This document shows positions 36,994-47,189 of a DNA stretch of 64,000 nucleotides, piece by piece. The translations under genes and the position numbers were made by a program. The notes beneath the pieces were generated by a model. It was not told the origin of the DNA. It did not search any database and worked only from the letters and a program-made list of their open reading frames with translations. Position 1 is the stretch's first letter; the number at the start of each line of letters is the position of its first letter. The stretch is from Waddliaceae bacterium (GTDB lineage: Bacteria > Chlamydiota > Chlamydiia > Chlamydiales > SLFE01): assembly GCA_963771045.1 (NCBI GenBank), contig CAVYRW010000004.1, positions 1,504,001 to 1,568,000 of the forward strand. The letters are read 5' to 3'.

Positions 36994-39615
36994 GTGAAGT
37001 TGATTAATACTATAAATGGAGACCGATTTAATAAAAATTCAGGCATCTTCTCAGGAATGAATTCTAATGATTCCGTTGCTTTTGGGGCTGCAGTTGGATT
37101 GCAGAGTGAAAAAGTTCAGAAAATTAAGACCAAGTCATCTCAGAAAAAAAGTGGCCCGTTTCAAAAAACTAGAGATGCTTTGGCTGAAACTGCAAAGAGA
37201 ATTGCCGCATTTACCGTAAAAATTATTAGGTTGATTGGCTCTTATTTAGGTTTGGTAAAAAAAACAGCCAAAGATCAAACAGATATTGAATTTATCCCTT
37301 CTTCGACTTACTCTGTTTTAGGGGACGCTCTAAAAACGACCGACATACCCTCTTCTGAAAAATTGCAAGGGGCCTATGTTAAAGAACCCTTGCTTCCACC
37401 ACACCTTCTCGTCATTCAAGAGATACCTTCTGAAAACTACAATCCCTTAATGAATCTTAAATTAAATCCTGCTTATCAGAACACCTATTCTCTTCTTTTA
37501 GGGCCGCCCGCTGGAAAGCAAAACTCGCAAGTGCCTCTTGAAAAAAGCAACGAAGAGTTAGATTTTGATCTCTCCTCTTATCTCAAAGAGACTAAAAGTG
37601 AAATCCAACAGACGAACAATGAAATCAGAGAGAATGAAATCAGAGAGAATGAAATCAAAGAGGCGGAAAAAAGAGAAGAGATCGCTTTGGCAGAAGCTGA
37701 GGAACAAATTAAACAAGAAAAACTTGAAACGCCTTTGTCTTTATCCTCTTCCTATCAGCTAAACGGCAGCTGGATACTGCTCGATGATGATCCAACGCTT
37801 CCTCTTGCCCAAGAAGAAGAACATCGAGCTAAGCTTGGACTGGATGAAAAGGATTGCAATCTGACCAATTATATCTACCACTTAAAGAACGCAGCTTCAG
37901 TCGAGTTCAAAGATGAGACCGCAGTCGGTTTTAAAAACGGGGAGATGATAGCTATGGAATCTCTCTCGGCGGATGAAAAAAAACGCGAAAAGGAAGTTTT
38001 TGCTCATCTGTTGCAAGAAACCTATGGTCCTTATTTAAAGAGTATTGTAACTGCAAGGTACGGACTTGAAAAACTGGAGACATTGACGTTTGGCGATGTT
38101 AAAATGATGCTTCTTGGTGTTGCTGCAAATGTGAGAGTGCTGGATTTAGAGTGCCTTTTCGCAGAGATTAAAAGAGCAGATCTGTCTATTCAGGAGGATC
38201 CTTCTTCCATAAAAATGAAAGCGGTCCGCTGCGGAGATTTTCTCGCTATGGCACGCAAAGAAGCTATTCTTTCTTTAAGGGCAGCCGATTCCTTTGGGGA
38301 ACTCTCAAAAAAGCAGGTCGAGTATCTTCTGTCAGCATTCAAAATGCTTCCAACTGGTGCGGAAATAGGGATAAAACCCACAGAAGATGTCCTCTACGAT
38401 AAGGCCTCTCTTTCATTTGAGAGTAAAAAATCAGCAGTCTTTGACCACGATTTACAAATGCTGAACTTATGCGCTCAATGGGAGCATCTTCGTATAAAGC
38501 ATCATAACCTTGCGGTTTCGGAATATATTGGAAAAACGTTAGCTTATAGAGATTTAAAAGGCGGAATGGTCTTCCCTGTTCCTGATAAGGAAAATCAAGC
38601 TCATTATTATAGGGTTGTCAACAGCTTTAAATACAAAGGGCTGATTCCTGCGCTTATTGCTCCTCTGAACAAAAATCAGGATGCGTATGATTCAGAAGGC
38701 AAAGAAACAATCGACCTGATTTTTAGGGGGACCGCTTCCGGAACGCAGTGGTATAGGAATACGGATTTTAGAGGGATCGGAAACAAGGTTTTCTATGAAA
38801 AATCGAAAGAAATTTTGAAGATGGTTGAAGATTACCTGAAAGAATCTAAGAGCCAAGATGTTGTACTAAACTTATCTGGGCACAGCCTAGGAGGGTGCGA
38901 TACCCAGCGAGGGCTGGTTCTTCTTCTTGAGGCTATTGCAGACTCCAAGAAGGATAGTCCTTTCAGGAAGATTAAAAAGTTGGTGATGATAACACACAAT
39001 GCGCCAAGGCCGGAACCTGATTCAAACCAAAGGTTTAAGAAGGCCGTTGCGAAATTGACGGAGTTAAAGGAAGAGATCAAGATCGATATCGATATCACGC
39101 ATGTAAGATACTTTGACAATGGCGGCTATCAAGACACGGTTCATATGTTAGGAGAGGTTCTCCTAGGAGCCGATGAAGATGGGGGGCCTGTGCAAGTGCA
39201 CGGTGTTTATCAAAATCACGTGATCAAGGATTCGGGCTTTGTCAAACGAAAACTTGTGGATATCACCATCGAAGAAGATTACGGAATAGGGGCGGAAGCT
39301 ATATTGCAACGGCACACTTTTAGGGCATTTAATGAGATCTTATCAGGAGATACAAAATGGTCGTTCAGAAAGATTCGGAATGCAGCCATTGAGGATGAAA
39401 GAAAGAGAATCGAAGAAATTTTTGCCCGGCGATTCCACTGGTCTCCTGAGGAAAAGGGGATGCTTGACTGGACAGTTGCCAATGCAATTTGGTATGCTCC
39501 CTACCTTGGAAGCGGGGTTAAAAACATCTTGCATTTCTTAATCAATAATGTTCAGGGAGCGGCTTTAAAAACTCTGCAAATAGGACATCAGGAAGACTTG
39601 TCGCTCTTGGTATAA
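36994..39615 (+). CDS. Large effector-like protein with C-terminal class-3 lipase (alpha/beta hydrolase) domain
   Basis: LIFRGT and LNLSGHSLGG nucleophile elbow, NAP motif. Low-complexity N-terminus with a threefold 15-bp repeat (NEIRE/NEIKE) at about 37618-37662. Confidence 0.8.
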   Translation: MKLINTINGDRFNKNSGIFSGMNSNDSVAFGAAVGLQSEKVQKIKTKSSQKKSGPFQKTRDALAETAKRIAAFTVKIIRLIGSYLGLVKKTAKDQTDIEFIPSSTYSVLGDALKTTDIPSSEKLQGAYVKEPLLPPHLLVIQEIPSENYNPLMNLKLNPAYQNTYSLLLGPPAGKQNSQVPLEKSNEELDFDLSSYLKETKSEIQQTNNEIRENEIRENEIKEAEKREEIALAEAEEQIKQEKLETPLSLSSSYQLNGSWILLDDDPTLPLAQEEEHRAKLGLDEKDCNLTNYIYHLKNAASVEFKDETAVGFKNGEMIAMESLSADEKKREKEVFAHLLQETYGPYLKSIVTARYGLEKLETLTFGDVKMMLLGVAANVRVLDLECLFAEIKRADLSIQEDPSSIKMKAVRCGDFLAMARKEAILSLRAADSFGELSKKQVEYLLSAFKMLPTGAEIGIKPTEDVLYDKASLSFESKKSAVFDHDLQMLNLCAQWEHLRIKHHNLAVSEYIGKTLAYRDLKGGMVFPVPDKENQAHYYRVVNSFKYKGLIPALIAPLNKNQDAYDSEGKETIDLIFRGTASGTQWYRNTDFRGIGNKVFYEKSKEILKMVEDYLKESKSQDVVLNLSGHSLGGCDTQRGLVLLLEAIADSKKDSPFRKIKKLVMITHNAPRPEPDSNQRFKKAVAKLTELKEEIKIDIDITHVRYFDNGGYQDTVHMLGEVLLGADEDGGPVQVHGVYQNHVIKDSGFVKRKLVDITIEEDYGIGAEAILQRHTFRAFNEILSGDTKWSFRKIRNAAIEDERKRIEEIFARRFHWSPEEKGMLDWTVANAIWYAPYLGSGVKNILHFLINNVQGAALKTLQIGHQEDLSLLV

Positions 39616-39630
39616 AGATCTTTTGGAATT

Positions 39631-39755
39631 CTTGCCAAAAAAGCTCATCTAGGCCGCGAAAGTCTATACAAAACCCTTTCAGGCACAGGTACTCCCAAAT
39701 AGCATACGCTGATTTATTGTGTGTTGCACCGGGGCTGAATTTGAAATTCTCTTAA
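39631..39755 (+). pseudogene. Remnant of an addiction-module antidote (HTH) gene
   Basis: Translates as LAKKAHLGRESLYKTLSGTGTPK*HTL..., the typical RESLYK.LS..GNP signature, with a stop and a missing 5' end. Confidence 0.65.
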
Positions 39756-39776
39756 GAACTCTTTTGCAAGAATAAG

Positions 39777-39893
39777 GATGGCGCCTCAAACATGGCTGGC
39801 ACTCCCGCAATCGGGATTAATGCTTGGTTCTCGCTAGCTCTGATGCCCTGAGTTTAAAACCAAATCTCAGATTTTGAACACGAGGTCGCCATC
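39777..39893. ncRNA. Candidate structured RNA immediately 3' of tRNA-Asn
   Basis: Closing stem gatggcg-cctc/gaggtcgccatc with two internal hairpins (tcccg-caat-cggga and ctgagttt...aaa.ctcag). Confidence 0.4.
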
Positions 39894-39901
39894 AAAAAAA
39901 T

Positions 39902-39973
39902 CTCCGGATGTTGGATTCGAACCAACGACCAATGGATTAACAGTCCACTGCTCTACCGCTGAGCTAATCCGGA
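39902..39973 (-). tRNA. tRNA-Asn (GTT), CCA not encoded
   Basis: tccggattagctcagcggtagagcagtggactGTTaatccattggtcgttggttcgaatccaacatccggag folds as a canonical cloverleaf. Confidence 0.97.
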
Positions 39974-40072
39974 CCAGACAGACATATTAGTTGATCAGGA
40001 GTTTTTTGGGCAACAACTTATTTGTTAAAAATGCCCCCTTTGCTAGTATAGGCTTGAAAGTGGGGGTGTCGA

Positions 40073-40800
40073 TTGCCGGAAGTCTCTTACCGCAACTATC
40101 TGCAAGATGAATCGGTTCTAATACAATTAATTCTTTGCGAGTACCTTAACACATGCCGGGCGTTTAAAGCCACTCGAAGACTTTTAAAAAAAGAATTAAA
40201 AAAAGACAACGTGGACCTCAAGAGAAACGGATAAAATCATCGAAGGGATCCGCCCTTCGGTAACCGCCCTGGCCGGAACCGCCAGGCGGGTGCTCTTCCC
40301 CATTCCCTGGAAAAATCAGCTGGGCCATTTGGAAAAGCTCGAAGATTACTGCTATTTGCTTGTCCTCCATTCTGAAAGCAACAACCCGACTTATTTTACG
40401 CTTCATCAGCAAATACAAGGCGCCAGGGTCATGGCTAAACAAATGATGCGCATCATGCAGCTTTGGGACTGCCAGTCCTCTTTCTTTCTTGAAACGTTTC
40501 GAGACAAAACACGTTCATACAACGCTCGAAGAGCTGTGCGAGAGGATTAAAAATATCGCAGACGCCCTCTCCACTGCTCTGCAATTTTCTGTAAATACGG
40601 AAAATGTTATCATCTTTTTCCTCAGAAACCACCAGGCGCTGTCCACCTATCTGGGAAAACGGTTTATGAAAGCAACTCTAACAAACATGTTCCCGCATGG
40701 GACGAAAAAAATCAGGCAACAACTTAAAAAAACATTGTCCAAAAAAGGCCTTGAACATTTGGAAGACGACTTAGCAGCTGTCTTTGATAAAATGACATGA
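40073..40800 (+). pseudogene. Hypothetical protein, frameshifted (first gene of the priA operon)
   Basis: Three consecutive frame segments joined by shifts near 40220 and 40480. Ends overlapping the ATG of 40797. Confidence 0.55.
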
Positions 40801-41522
40801 AAGAACAACTCAAAGAACTGGCTCAGCTGACCAGACAGCATCTATGCGAAGAGTATGACGAGAGCGAATGGCTCCTGACCGATCAGCAGTCTTATGACTA
40901 TTTTCGCAAGATGGCGAAAAAAAGCTCCCCTCCCCCACCCGCAAAACCAACACCTGTAAAAAAATTTATGCCCTGTGTTCCGGAACAACCAAAGAAAGCC
41001 TCCCCTCCTCCCGAGCCTAAGGCCCCTGTGCCGGTGAAACAGGTCAAAGAATCCATTCAATTGGAAACCAAAAGAACGCAAGAGGCTCCGGAACTCTCCT
41101 CTCAACTCGATCTAATCCGACGGGTCTGTCCAAAGATCAATTTGATTGAAGAGATACCGCAGCCCAAAAACGATTATGTCCAGTTTTATTCGGTCAGCTC
41201 GGATGGAGTGCAAAGAGCTTTCTGGACCAAAGTGATCACAGCTTTAGAAGATAGAGGCGTCGAGTGCCGCCGGATCGATTGCGAAAATCAAGAGCAATTG
41301 ATCGAATCATTAAAAGATCTTGCCAATATAAGACTTTTGCTTGTTCCCCGAAAATACCTTCCGGACCTAAAAGAGCTGAGCTATCGGCAGCACCCTTCCA
41401 CAATGAAGCATTATATTCAGAATGTTCCCCTCATCGCTTTGGAAGATGTTTCACTCTATGAAACAGACCTCTCTTTAAAACGGATGCTCTGGCAAAACTT
41501 GCGATCCGAGCTGAATATATGA
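40797..41522 (+). CDS. Hypothetical protein with Pro-rich linker upstream of priA
   Basis: 241-aa ORF with ATGA overlaps on both sides. C-terminal K..LW..L motif. Confidence 0.8.
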   Translation: MKEQLKELAQLTRQHLCEEYDESEWLLTDQQSYDYFRKMAKKSSPPPPAKPTPVKKFMPCVPEQPKKASPPPEPKAPVPVKQVKESIQLETKRTQEAPELSSQLDLIRRVCPKINLIEEIPQPKNDYVQFYSVSSDGVQRAFWTKVITALEDRGVECRRIDCENQEQLIESLKDLANIRLLLVPRKYLPDLKELSYRQHPSTMKHYIQNVPLIALEDVSLYETDLSLKRMLWQNLRSELNI

Positions 41523-43738
41523 AATACGTTTCCGTGATTCTGGAGGTTTCGATCGACAAATCGCTCGATTACTCCGTCCCTTCCAGGCTGTCTGATTCCA
41601 TCGTCAAAGGACTCAAAGTCACCGTACCTGTCAGAGGCTTTCCTCGAACCGGTTATGTGCTGGAAGTGAAAGACAAGCCAGACTTTACCCCTGTCAAAGA
41701 TATTTTAAAAACTCATGAAAACTGCGCCATTTCCCATGATCTGTTTTCCCTCGCCCTTTGGATGGCTAAATACTACGGAGCTCCGTTAAGGAATGTCTTC
41801 AAAACGATTCTTCCCTCAAGCGTGAGAAGGGAAACAAAGGATAAACAACAGCTTTTCGTGATGAGGGCGCAAACAAAAGAAGAGCTTCGCTCGCTATGCC
41901 AAGATTTAAGAAATAAGTCATCAGCGCAGGCGGCAGTGCTCGATGCCATACTGCAAGCAAAAAAAGGGCTGCTGCTTACAGAGCTCTTGGAAATAGCGGA
42001 CGTGTCGAGAAGCCCTGTCGATACTCTGGTCAAAAAAGGGGCGCTTGCCATCGACATAGTCCGTATTGACCGCTCCCCCCTCGTCAATGAAGAGTATTTC
42101 CAGACACCGTCAAAAACATTGAACCCTCAGCAGGAAATAGCATTCAACGCGATTGCAAAAAACATGGATGCCGGGGGGTTCAAAACTCATCTGATCCACG
42201 GCATTACCGGAAGCGGAAAAACCGAAATCTATCTGCAAAGCATACAAAAAGCCCTCGACATGAGCCTGGGATCAATCGTTTTGGTTCCGGAAATCTCTCT
42301 GACAACGCAGATGATCGAAAGATTCCGCTGCCGCTTTGAACACAAAATCGCGGTCTTGCATTGCCGCCTAAGCCATGGCGAGAGGATAGATGAATGGAGA
42401 CGGATTGCAAACGGCGAGGCGCCCATTGTCATCGGTCCCAGGTCGGCAATCTTCAGTCCTGTCAAAAACCCGGGTCTGATTATTGTCGATGAAGAGCATG
42501 AACATACGTACAAGCAATCGGAAGAGCCCCCTTATTACCATGCCAGGGATGTCGCAGTCATGCGGGGAAAGCTGACAGACAGCACTGTCGTTTTGGGATC
42601 GGCCACCCCAAGCCTGGAAAGCTTCCATAACGCCAAAAGCGGCAAATATGTTTTGCTCTCATTGCAGGAAAGGGCAGACGCGGCATCCCTGCCGGAAGTG
42701 AAAATTGTCGATATGAAGCAGGAATTCGAAAAGGCCAAGGGGTATACGCTCTTTTCAGACGAACTCCTCAGCGGAATCAAATCCAGACAGGAAAAGGGGG
42801 AGCAATCGCTTCTTTTTTTGAACAGACGCGGGTTTCACACCGCCATAATCTGCCAGGGCTGCCGCGAGCCGGTTAAATGCGAAAGCTGCGACCTGGCGCT
42901 CACCTATCATAAAAACACCAATTCCCTTTCCTGCCACCTCTGCGGATTCGCCTGCTCCTGCCCGGCGAGGTGCCCTCTTTGCAAAGAAGACTCCCCCATG
43001 AAGTTTCGCGGCGTCGGAACAGAACAGGTCGAAAGAGCTTTGCAGGCGATTTTTCCGGAAATACGGACAATCCGCGTTGACGCCGATACTACGCGCCATA
43101 AGGGAAGCCACCAAAAGCTTCTCCGGCAGTTCGGGTCGGGAAAAGCGGATGTGCTCATCGGCACGCAGATGATAGCGAAAGGGCTCCATTTCCCCTGTTT
43201 AACCCTGGTGGGAGTTCTCAATTCCGACGGAGCATTGAATATTCCCGATTTTCGCTCGTCGGAAACCGTCTTTCAACTGATCACCCAGGTCGCCGGCCGT
43301 TCGGGACGGGGCTTTTCCAAAGGACAGGTCATCATCCAGACAACCATGCCGAGCAACCCGACTATTCTTCACGCGGCAAAACAGGACTACCTCTCATTCT
43401 ACGATGAAGAAATCGCCGTCAGAGAGATGTTTCGCTATCCCCCGTTCGTCCATCTTTTCAAGGCCGCCTTTTCCGGAGACAATGAAAAACAAACGCATGT
43501 ACTCGCCGAAAAATTCCGCAAGCAGCTGACAATCAATCTTCCTCCATCTTTTGAACTGCTTCCTGTCTGCCCTTCAGGATATGCCAAAGTCAAAGGCCGG
43601 TACCGATTTCAATTTCTTGTCAAAGGCAACGCTGTCTACCAAGCCGCCTCAGCCATTGAAACGCTTCGTGCCCAATTCCCCATTCCCAAAGACATAAGAA
43701 TCTCGCTGGACGTCGATCCTGTTTCAACCTACTTTTAA
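41519..43738 (+). CDS. priA: Primosomal protein N' (replication restart helicase)
   Basis: HGITGSGKTEIY, LVPEISLT, DEEH, GSATPSLES, LNRRG, four CxxC motifs, GTQMIAKG and QVAGRSGR. Confidence 0.98.
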   Translation: MKYVSVILEVSIDKSLDYSVPSRLSDSIVKGLKVTVPVRGFPRTGYVLEVKDKPDFTPVKDILKTHENCAISHDLFSLALWMAKYYGAPLRNVFKTILPSSVRRETKDKQQLFVMRAQTKEELRSLCQDLRNKSSAQAAVLDAILQAKKGLLLTELLEIADVSRSPVDTLVKKGALAIDIVRIDRSPLVNEEYFQTPSKTLNPQQEIAFNAIAKNMDAGGFKTHLIHGITGSGKTEIYLQSIQKALDMSLGSIVLVPEISLTTQMIERFRCRFEHKIAVLHCRLSHGERIDEWRRIANGEAPIVIGPRSAIFSPVKNPGLIIVDEEHEHTYKQSEEPPYYHARDVAVMRGKLTDSTVVLGSATPSLESFHNAKSGKYVLLSLQERADAASLPEVKIVDMKQEFEKAKGYTLFSDELLSGIKSRQEKGEQSLLFLNRRGFHTAIICQGCREPVKCESCDLALTYHKNTNSLSCHLCGFACSCPARCPLCKEDSPMKFRGVGTEQVERALQAIFPEIRTIRVDADTTRHKGSHQKLLRQFGSGKADVLIGTQMIAKGLHFPCLTLVGVLNSDGALNIPDFRSSETVFQLITQVAGRSGRGFSKGQVIIQTTMPSNPTILHAAKQDYLSFYDEEIAVREMFRYPPFVHLFKAAFSGDNEKQTHVLAEKFRKQLTINLPPSFELLPVCPSGYAKVKGRYRFQFLVKGNAVYQAASAIETLRAQFPIPKDIRISLDVDPVSTYF

Positions 43739-43774
43739 TTGTTTTTAATTGGTTGATTATTTTACGGTGAAGAC

Positions 43775-44608
43775 ATGCAAATTGACAGTTTATTCAAGCA
43801 GATAAGCACACAATACACGGAAATGATTCCCAATGACTGGAAGCCCTTGGTCGAAATTCTGAACAAGCCTCTGGATAAGCTTCAAAAACAACTCAACGCC
43901 ATCCCCAATGCAAAGAAAACAAGCGAGGTTGGAAAGAGCTCAGAAAACGCCCGTCTTAATCGTTACTCAAATGTATTTCCTTATGATGATAACCGAGTCA
44001 CTCTCAAGGAAGGGGGCTATATTAACGCCTCGAAAGTTGAACTGACGAATCTGACTTGCTTTGTTGCCTCGGCACCCATGCCACATACTCTTGATGACTG
44101 GTGGCAAATGATCATTGAAAACAATTGCCTCCTGATTGCCGCTGCGACAAATACATATGAATGGCGGCGCAGGAGGCTGATTCCAAAATGCGCTCCCTAT
44201 TGGAAAGCCTCTCAAAAAGCGGAAAAAGTGATTGACAGCAGAGGCCTGCAGAAAATCGTGCAACGAAAAATTACCTTGGCAGGCCGAACAATTATTCACC
44301 TTCACTTCAAGAACTGGCCCGATTCAGGTGTCGCGCACATAACACTTGCGATAAAATTTATTAAGCTCATCAAAGAGCAAAGCTCCAAGAAGCACCCTGC
44401 TGTGGTCCATTGCGCAGCGGGAATCGGAAGAAGCGGGACAATTCTGGCTATCAATGAGGTGCTGGAGAGTAAAAAGCCGCCCGATATCATGAAAATCATC
44501 GAAGGGCTCCGCGAGCAGCGCGCCGGCATGGTTCAATCCGCTTCCCAGGTTAAAATGATTGCCCGGGCCGCTCTCATCATTCTAAATACAAAATCGGTCA
44601 CCAGTTGA
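43775..44608 (+). CDS. Classical protein-tyrosine phosphatase
   Basis: LNRY.NV.PYD..RV, YINAS, WPD loop, VHCAAGIGRSG P-loop and R.QR.GMVQ Q-loop. Confidence 0.93.
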   Translation: MQIDSLFKQISTQYTEMIPNDWKPLVEILNKPLDKLQKQLNAIPNAKKTSEVGKSSENARLNRYSNVFPYDDNRVTLKEGGYINASKVELTNLTCFVASAPMPHTLDDWWQMIIENNCLLIAAATNTYEWRRRRLIPKCAPYWKASQKAEKVIDSRGLQKIVQRKITLAGRTIIHLHFKNWPDSGVAHITLAIKFIKLIKEQSSKKHPAVVHCAAGIGRSGTILAINEVLESKKPPDIMKIIEGLREQRAGMVQSASQVKMIARAALIILNTKSVTS

Positions 44609-45368
44609 AATCGGTTTCATAGCCGAGACCGATGAGCTCCTGGCCGTAATACTGTTTGTACAGAGCCTTATTCTCCTCTGTAAAGTGGGATTTCCAGGAG
44701 CCGATCTGTCCTTTACGGAAGGTGTAATCCTTTCCAAAAGCTTTTTTGGCGATCATTTTACATTTTTTGCGGTTTAGGGGAACGCCGATATGGCCGGCAA
44801 TATTCATAAGCTCTTGTATCTGCAGCTCATCGCTGCCACCCCCTCGCCGGCCGATTAGCTTTTCAAATGTTGTCACATAAGTGATATCGGGACCTAGGTC
44901 AATCCAACCGATTCGGCGAGCATAACTTTCTTCATAGCAGTAGAAGCCGAAATGCTCTCCGGTAATCAGTTCCGTGATTTTTTCCTCAACAGTAAAATCA
45001 TTCATTGGGAGATGGGGCCAGTATCCATTTTGGTTGAAATACATCAAAGAGACCAGCTGATCGCGGGGATCTCTAATGACAAAGATAACTTTGTAGCCCC
45101 TTTCTCTTATCAGGTCGACAGCTTCCGGGGTGCATAGCTGATGCGTGGAGAGATAAGTTCCTTTTCTTTCGGCGATATTGAACTCTTTTAAAAAAACATC
45201 AAAGTCGGTATTCAGCTGCCTTTGGTCATCTTTTTGAAGCATCTCGTTCAACATATGTATAATCAGATGGGAGCCGCATTTAGGGACAGTGACTAAGACA
45301 AACTTGTCATGCGCCGGCAAGAAAGCCGTGATACAGAGAATAAGGATAAGAAGTTTAAATATTTTCAT
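44598..45368 (-). CDS. Sulfotransferase-domain protein with signal peptide
   Basis: PKCGSH (5'-PSB), IRDPRDQLVS (3'-PB) and TFRKGQIGSWK motifs. Start MKIFKLLIL at 45368. Confidence 0.88.
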   Translation of the reverse strand: MKIFKLLILILCITAFLPAHDKFVLVTVPKCGSHLIIHMLNEMLQKDDQRQLNTDFDVFLKEFNIAERKGTYLSTHQLCTPEAVDLIRERGYKVIFVIRDPRDQLVSLMYFNQNGYWPHLPMNDFTVEEKITELITGEHFGFYCYEESYARRIGWIDLGPDITYVTTFEKLIGRRGGGSDELQIQELMNIAGHIGVPLNRKKCKMIAKKAFGKDYTFRKGQIGSWKSHFTEENKALYKQYYGQELIGLGYETDFNW

Positions 45369-46140
45369 ACTCAGAAAGGAAGGATACATTTTCTGAAAAA
45401 TATACACAAAGTTTTTCGTCATGTTTTTTTAAAAAATTTGCAACTTTTTGATTGCGGTCAATGCACTTGTCTGTCCACCAAATGGGATGGATTAAAATCT
45501 GAATCATTTCCTGGCAGTAGTGTTCTAAAAATTTGACCGGATTCCCAGAGCGCCAAAAGTGATTGCTATCAGAGATGTACTGGCCTTGGCGGAAAAAATC
45601 AAAATGGTAGGTATTGAGCAAATGGGAAACTTTTAAAGCTTTCGCGTCAAACCCTTTCTGAGACAAAGAAGCCGGACGATGAACACTAAAAACCCGAACT
45701 TGCTTGCCTACAATATCGGAAAGACACTCTGCTTGAAATAGAAGCTTTTCTTTATGATTGGCAGGGTTTTCATAAACATAATGTAGGCCGATATCATGCC
45801 CCATTGCGATGATATCATGTAATATTTTACGGTTTTTGCGCGCGCTATAGGCCTCGGTCTCCAGCATCACAAAATAAGTGGCTCTGATATCCTGCCGCTG
45901 CTCCTTGAGAGCAAAAGATTGCGCCAGTTCAAGGCTGAAATCCAAGTCATGTCGTAAATAAAGGCTTTTATGATTTTTTTCGCCAAAAAAAGAAAATTCG
46001 TAACCTTTATCTTTAAGTTGGCGCATGAGCTTATAAAAAAAATTGTATGTGAAGTATCGAGGGTCTGAACTCATTATGGGAAGCATTATCCTCGGGCAGA
46101 TCATTTTTGACAATGGCGCTTTAAATCTATATACTATCAC
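45355..46140 (-). CDS. Polysaccharide deacetylase-like (NodB-fold) protein
   Basis: LRHDLD, ATYF, GHDIGLH, SVHRP, YISDS and QILIHPIWW motifs. True start is probably downstream of 46140. Confidence 0.75.
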   Translation of the reverse strand: MIVYRFKAPLSKMICPRIMLPIMSSDPRYFTYNFFYKLMRQLKDKGYEFSFFGEKNHKSLYLRHDLDFSLELAQSFALKEQRQDIRATYFVMLETEAYSARKNRKILHDIIAMGHDIGLHYVYENPANHKEKLLFQAECLSDIVGKQVRVFSVHRPASLSQKGFDAKALKVSHLLNTYHFDFFRQGQYISDSNHFWRSGNPVKFLEHYCQEMIQILIHPIWWTDKCIDRNQKVANFLKKHDEKLCVYFSENVSFLSEYENI

Positions 46141-46148
46141 TATTGCTT

Positions 46149-47189
46149 ATGGATATAAAACAAAATTTTCTCATTACTGGTGTTGGCGCCCCCGGAACAC
46201 AAGGGACTCTCCGTTGTTTAAAGAGCCCCGGTGTCAAGTTCATAGGAGTCGATATGAATCCCCAGTGTGCGGGATCCCATTTTGTCGATCACTTCTATCC
46301 CGTTCCGGGACCGGAAGACAAGAATTACCTCGGCGCAATCGCAGCGCTCTGCCATCAGCACGATGTTTCTTTAATCATTCCGCAAACGACAAGAGAAATC
46401 GAGGTTCTCTCAGCGAATTTCAGGGATTTAAAAGTCATGGTCTCTCCTTATGCCGCCCTTAAGAAAGCCAATGATAAATTGGCCATGATCAAGATCTTTG
46501 AAGAGTTAGGATTCCCCGTACCCAAATACCGTTTGGCAACATCAAAAGAAATGCTTGTCGAAGCCGCTCATGATCTGGGATATCCCGAGAAACCTGTTGC
46601 TATAAAGCCTCCAAAATCCAATGGTATGAGGGGGTTTAGAATTCTGCAATCATCTTGCTTAACCTCAAAAAGATTTTTAAGTGAAAAACCCTCGGGCATT
46701 GAAATCTCGTTGGACCATATGCTCGAGATTCTTGAAAATGGCAAAGATTGGCCTCAGCTTCTGGTTACTGAATATCTGCCTGGCGACGAATATTCTGTTG
46801 ACGCCTTTATCGGCGGCAAAGCGTCAATTGCTATCGTACGGAAAAGGGATTTGATCCGAAGCGGCATCAGTTTTCGGACGACGCCGATAAACCACCCGCT
46901 TATGGAAAAAATGACTCTTGACGCGGGAAAATATTTAGGGCTGAGATATGTTTTCGGAATGCAATACAAATTGGATAGCGAGGGAGTTCCTAAAATTTTG
47001 GAATGCAATCCTCGCGTTCAAGGAACTATGGCAGCAACCCTCAATACCGGTATCAATCTCATTTGGGCCGGAGTGCTAGAAGCTTTGGGAAGTCCCGTCG
47101 CATCTTTTCCCAAACCAAAGTTTGGGCTTCCCTTTGAACGCTATTGGGGAGGAGTCATATTTGATGATGGAAAAGTGCAGACTCTCTGA
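46149..47189 (+). CDS. ATP-grasp domain protein (carbamoyl-phosphate synthase-like, glycan-locus type)
   Basis: LITGVGAPG, DKL, IKP..SNGMRG, EYLPGDEYSVD and LECNPR motifs. Confidence 0.85.
   Translation: MDIKQNFLITGVGAPGTQGTLRCLKSPGVKFIGVDMNPQCAGSHFVDHFYPVPGPEDKNYLGAIAALCHQHDVSLIIPQTTREIEVLSANFRDLKVMVSPYAALKKANDKLAMIKIFEELGFPVPKYRLATSKEMLVEAAHDLGYPEKPVAIKPPKSNGMRGFRILQSSCLTSKRFLSEKPSGIEISLDHMLEILENGKDWPQLLVTEYLPGDEYSVDAFIGGKASIAIVRKRDLIRSGISFRTTPINHPLMEKMTLDAGKYLGLRYVFGMQYKLDSEGVPKILECNPRVQGTMAATLNTGINLIWAGVLEALGSPVASFPKPKFGLPFERYWGGVIFDDGKVQTL

Noticed and set aside
31880..39973. Prophage or ICE integrated at tRNA-Asn
   Set aside because: No integrase, phage or conjugation genes, and no duplicated tRNA 3' end seen.
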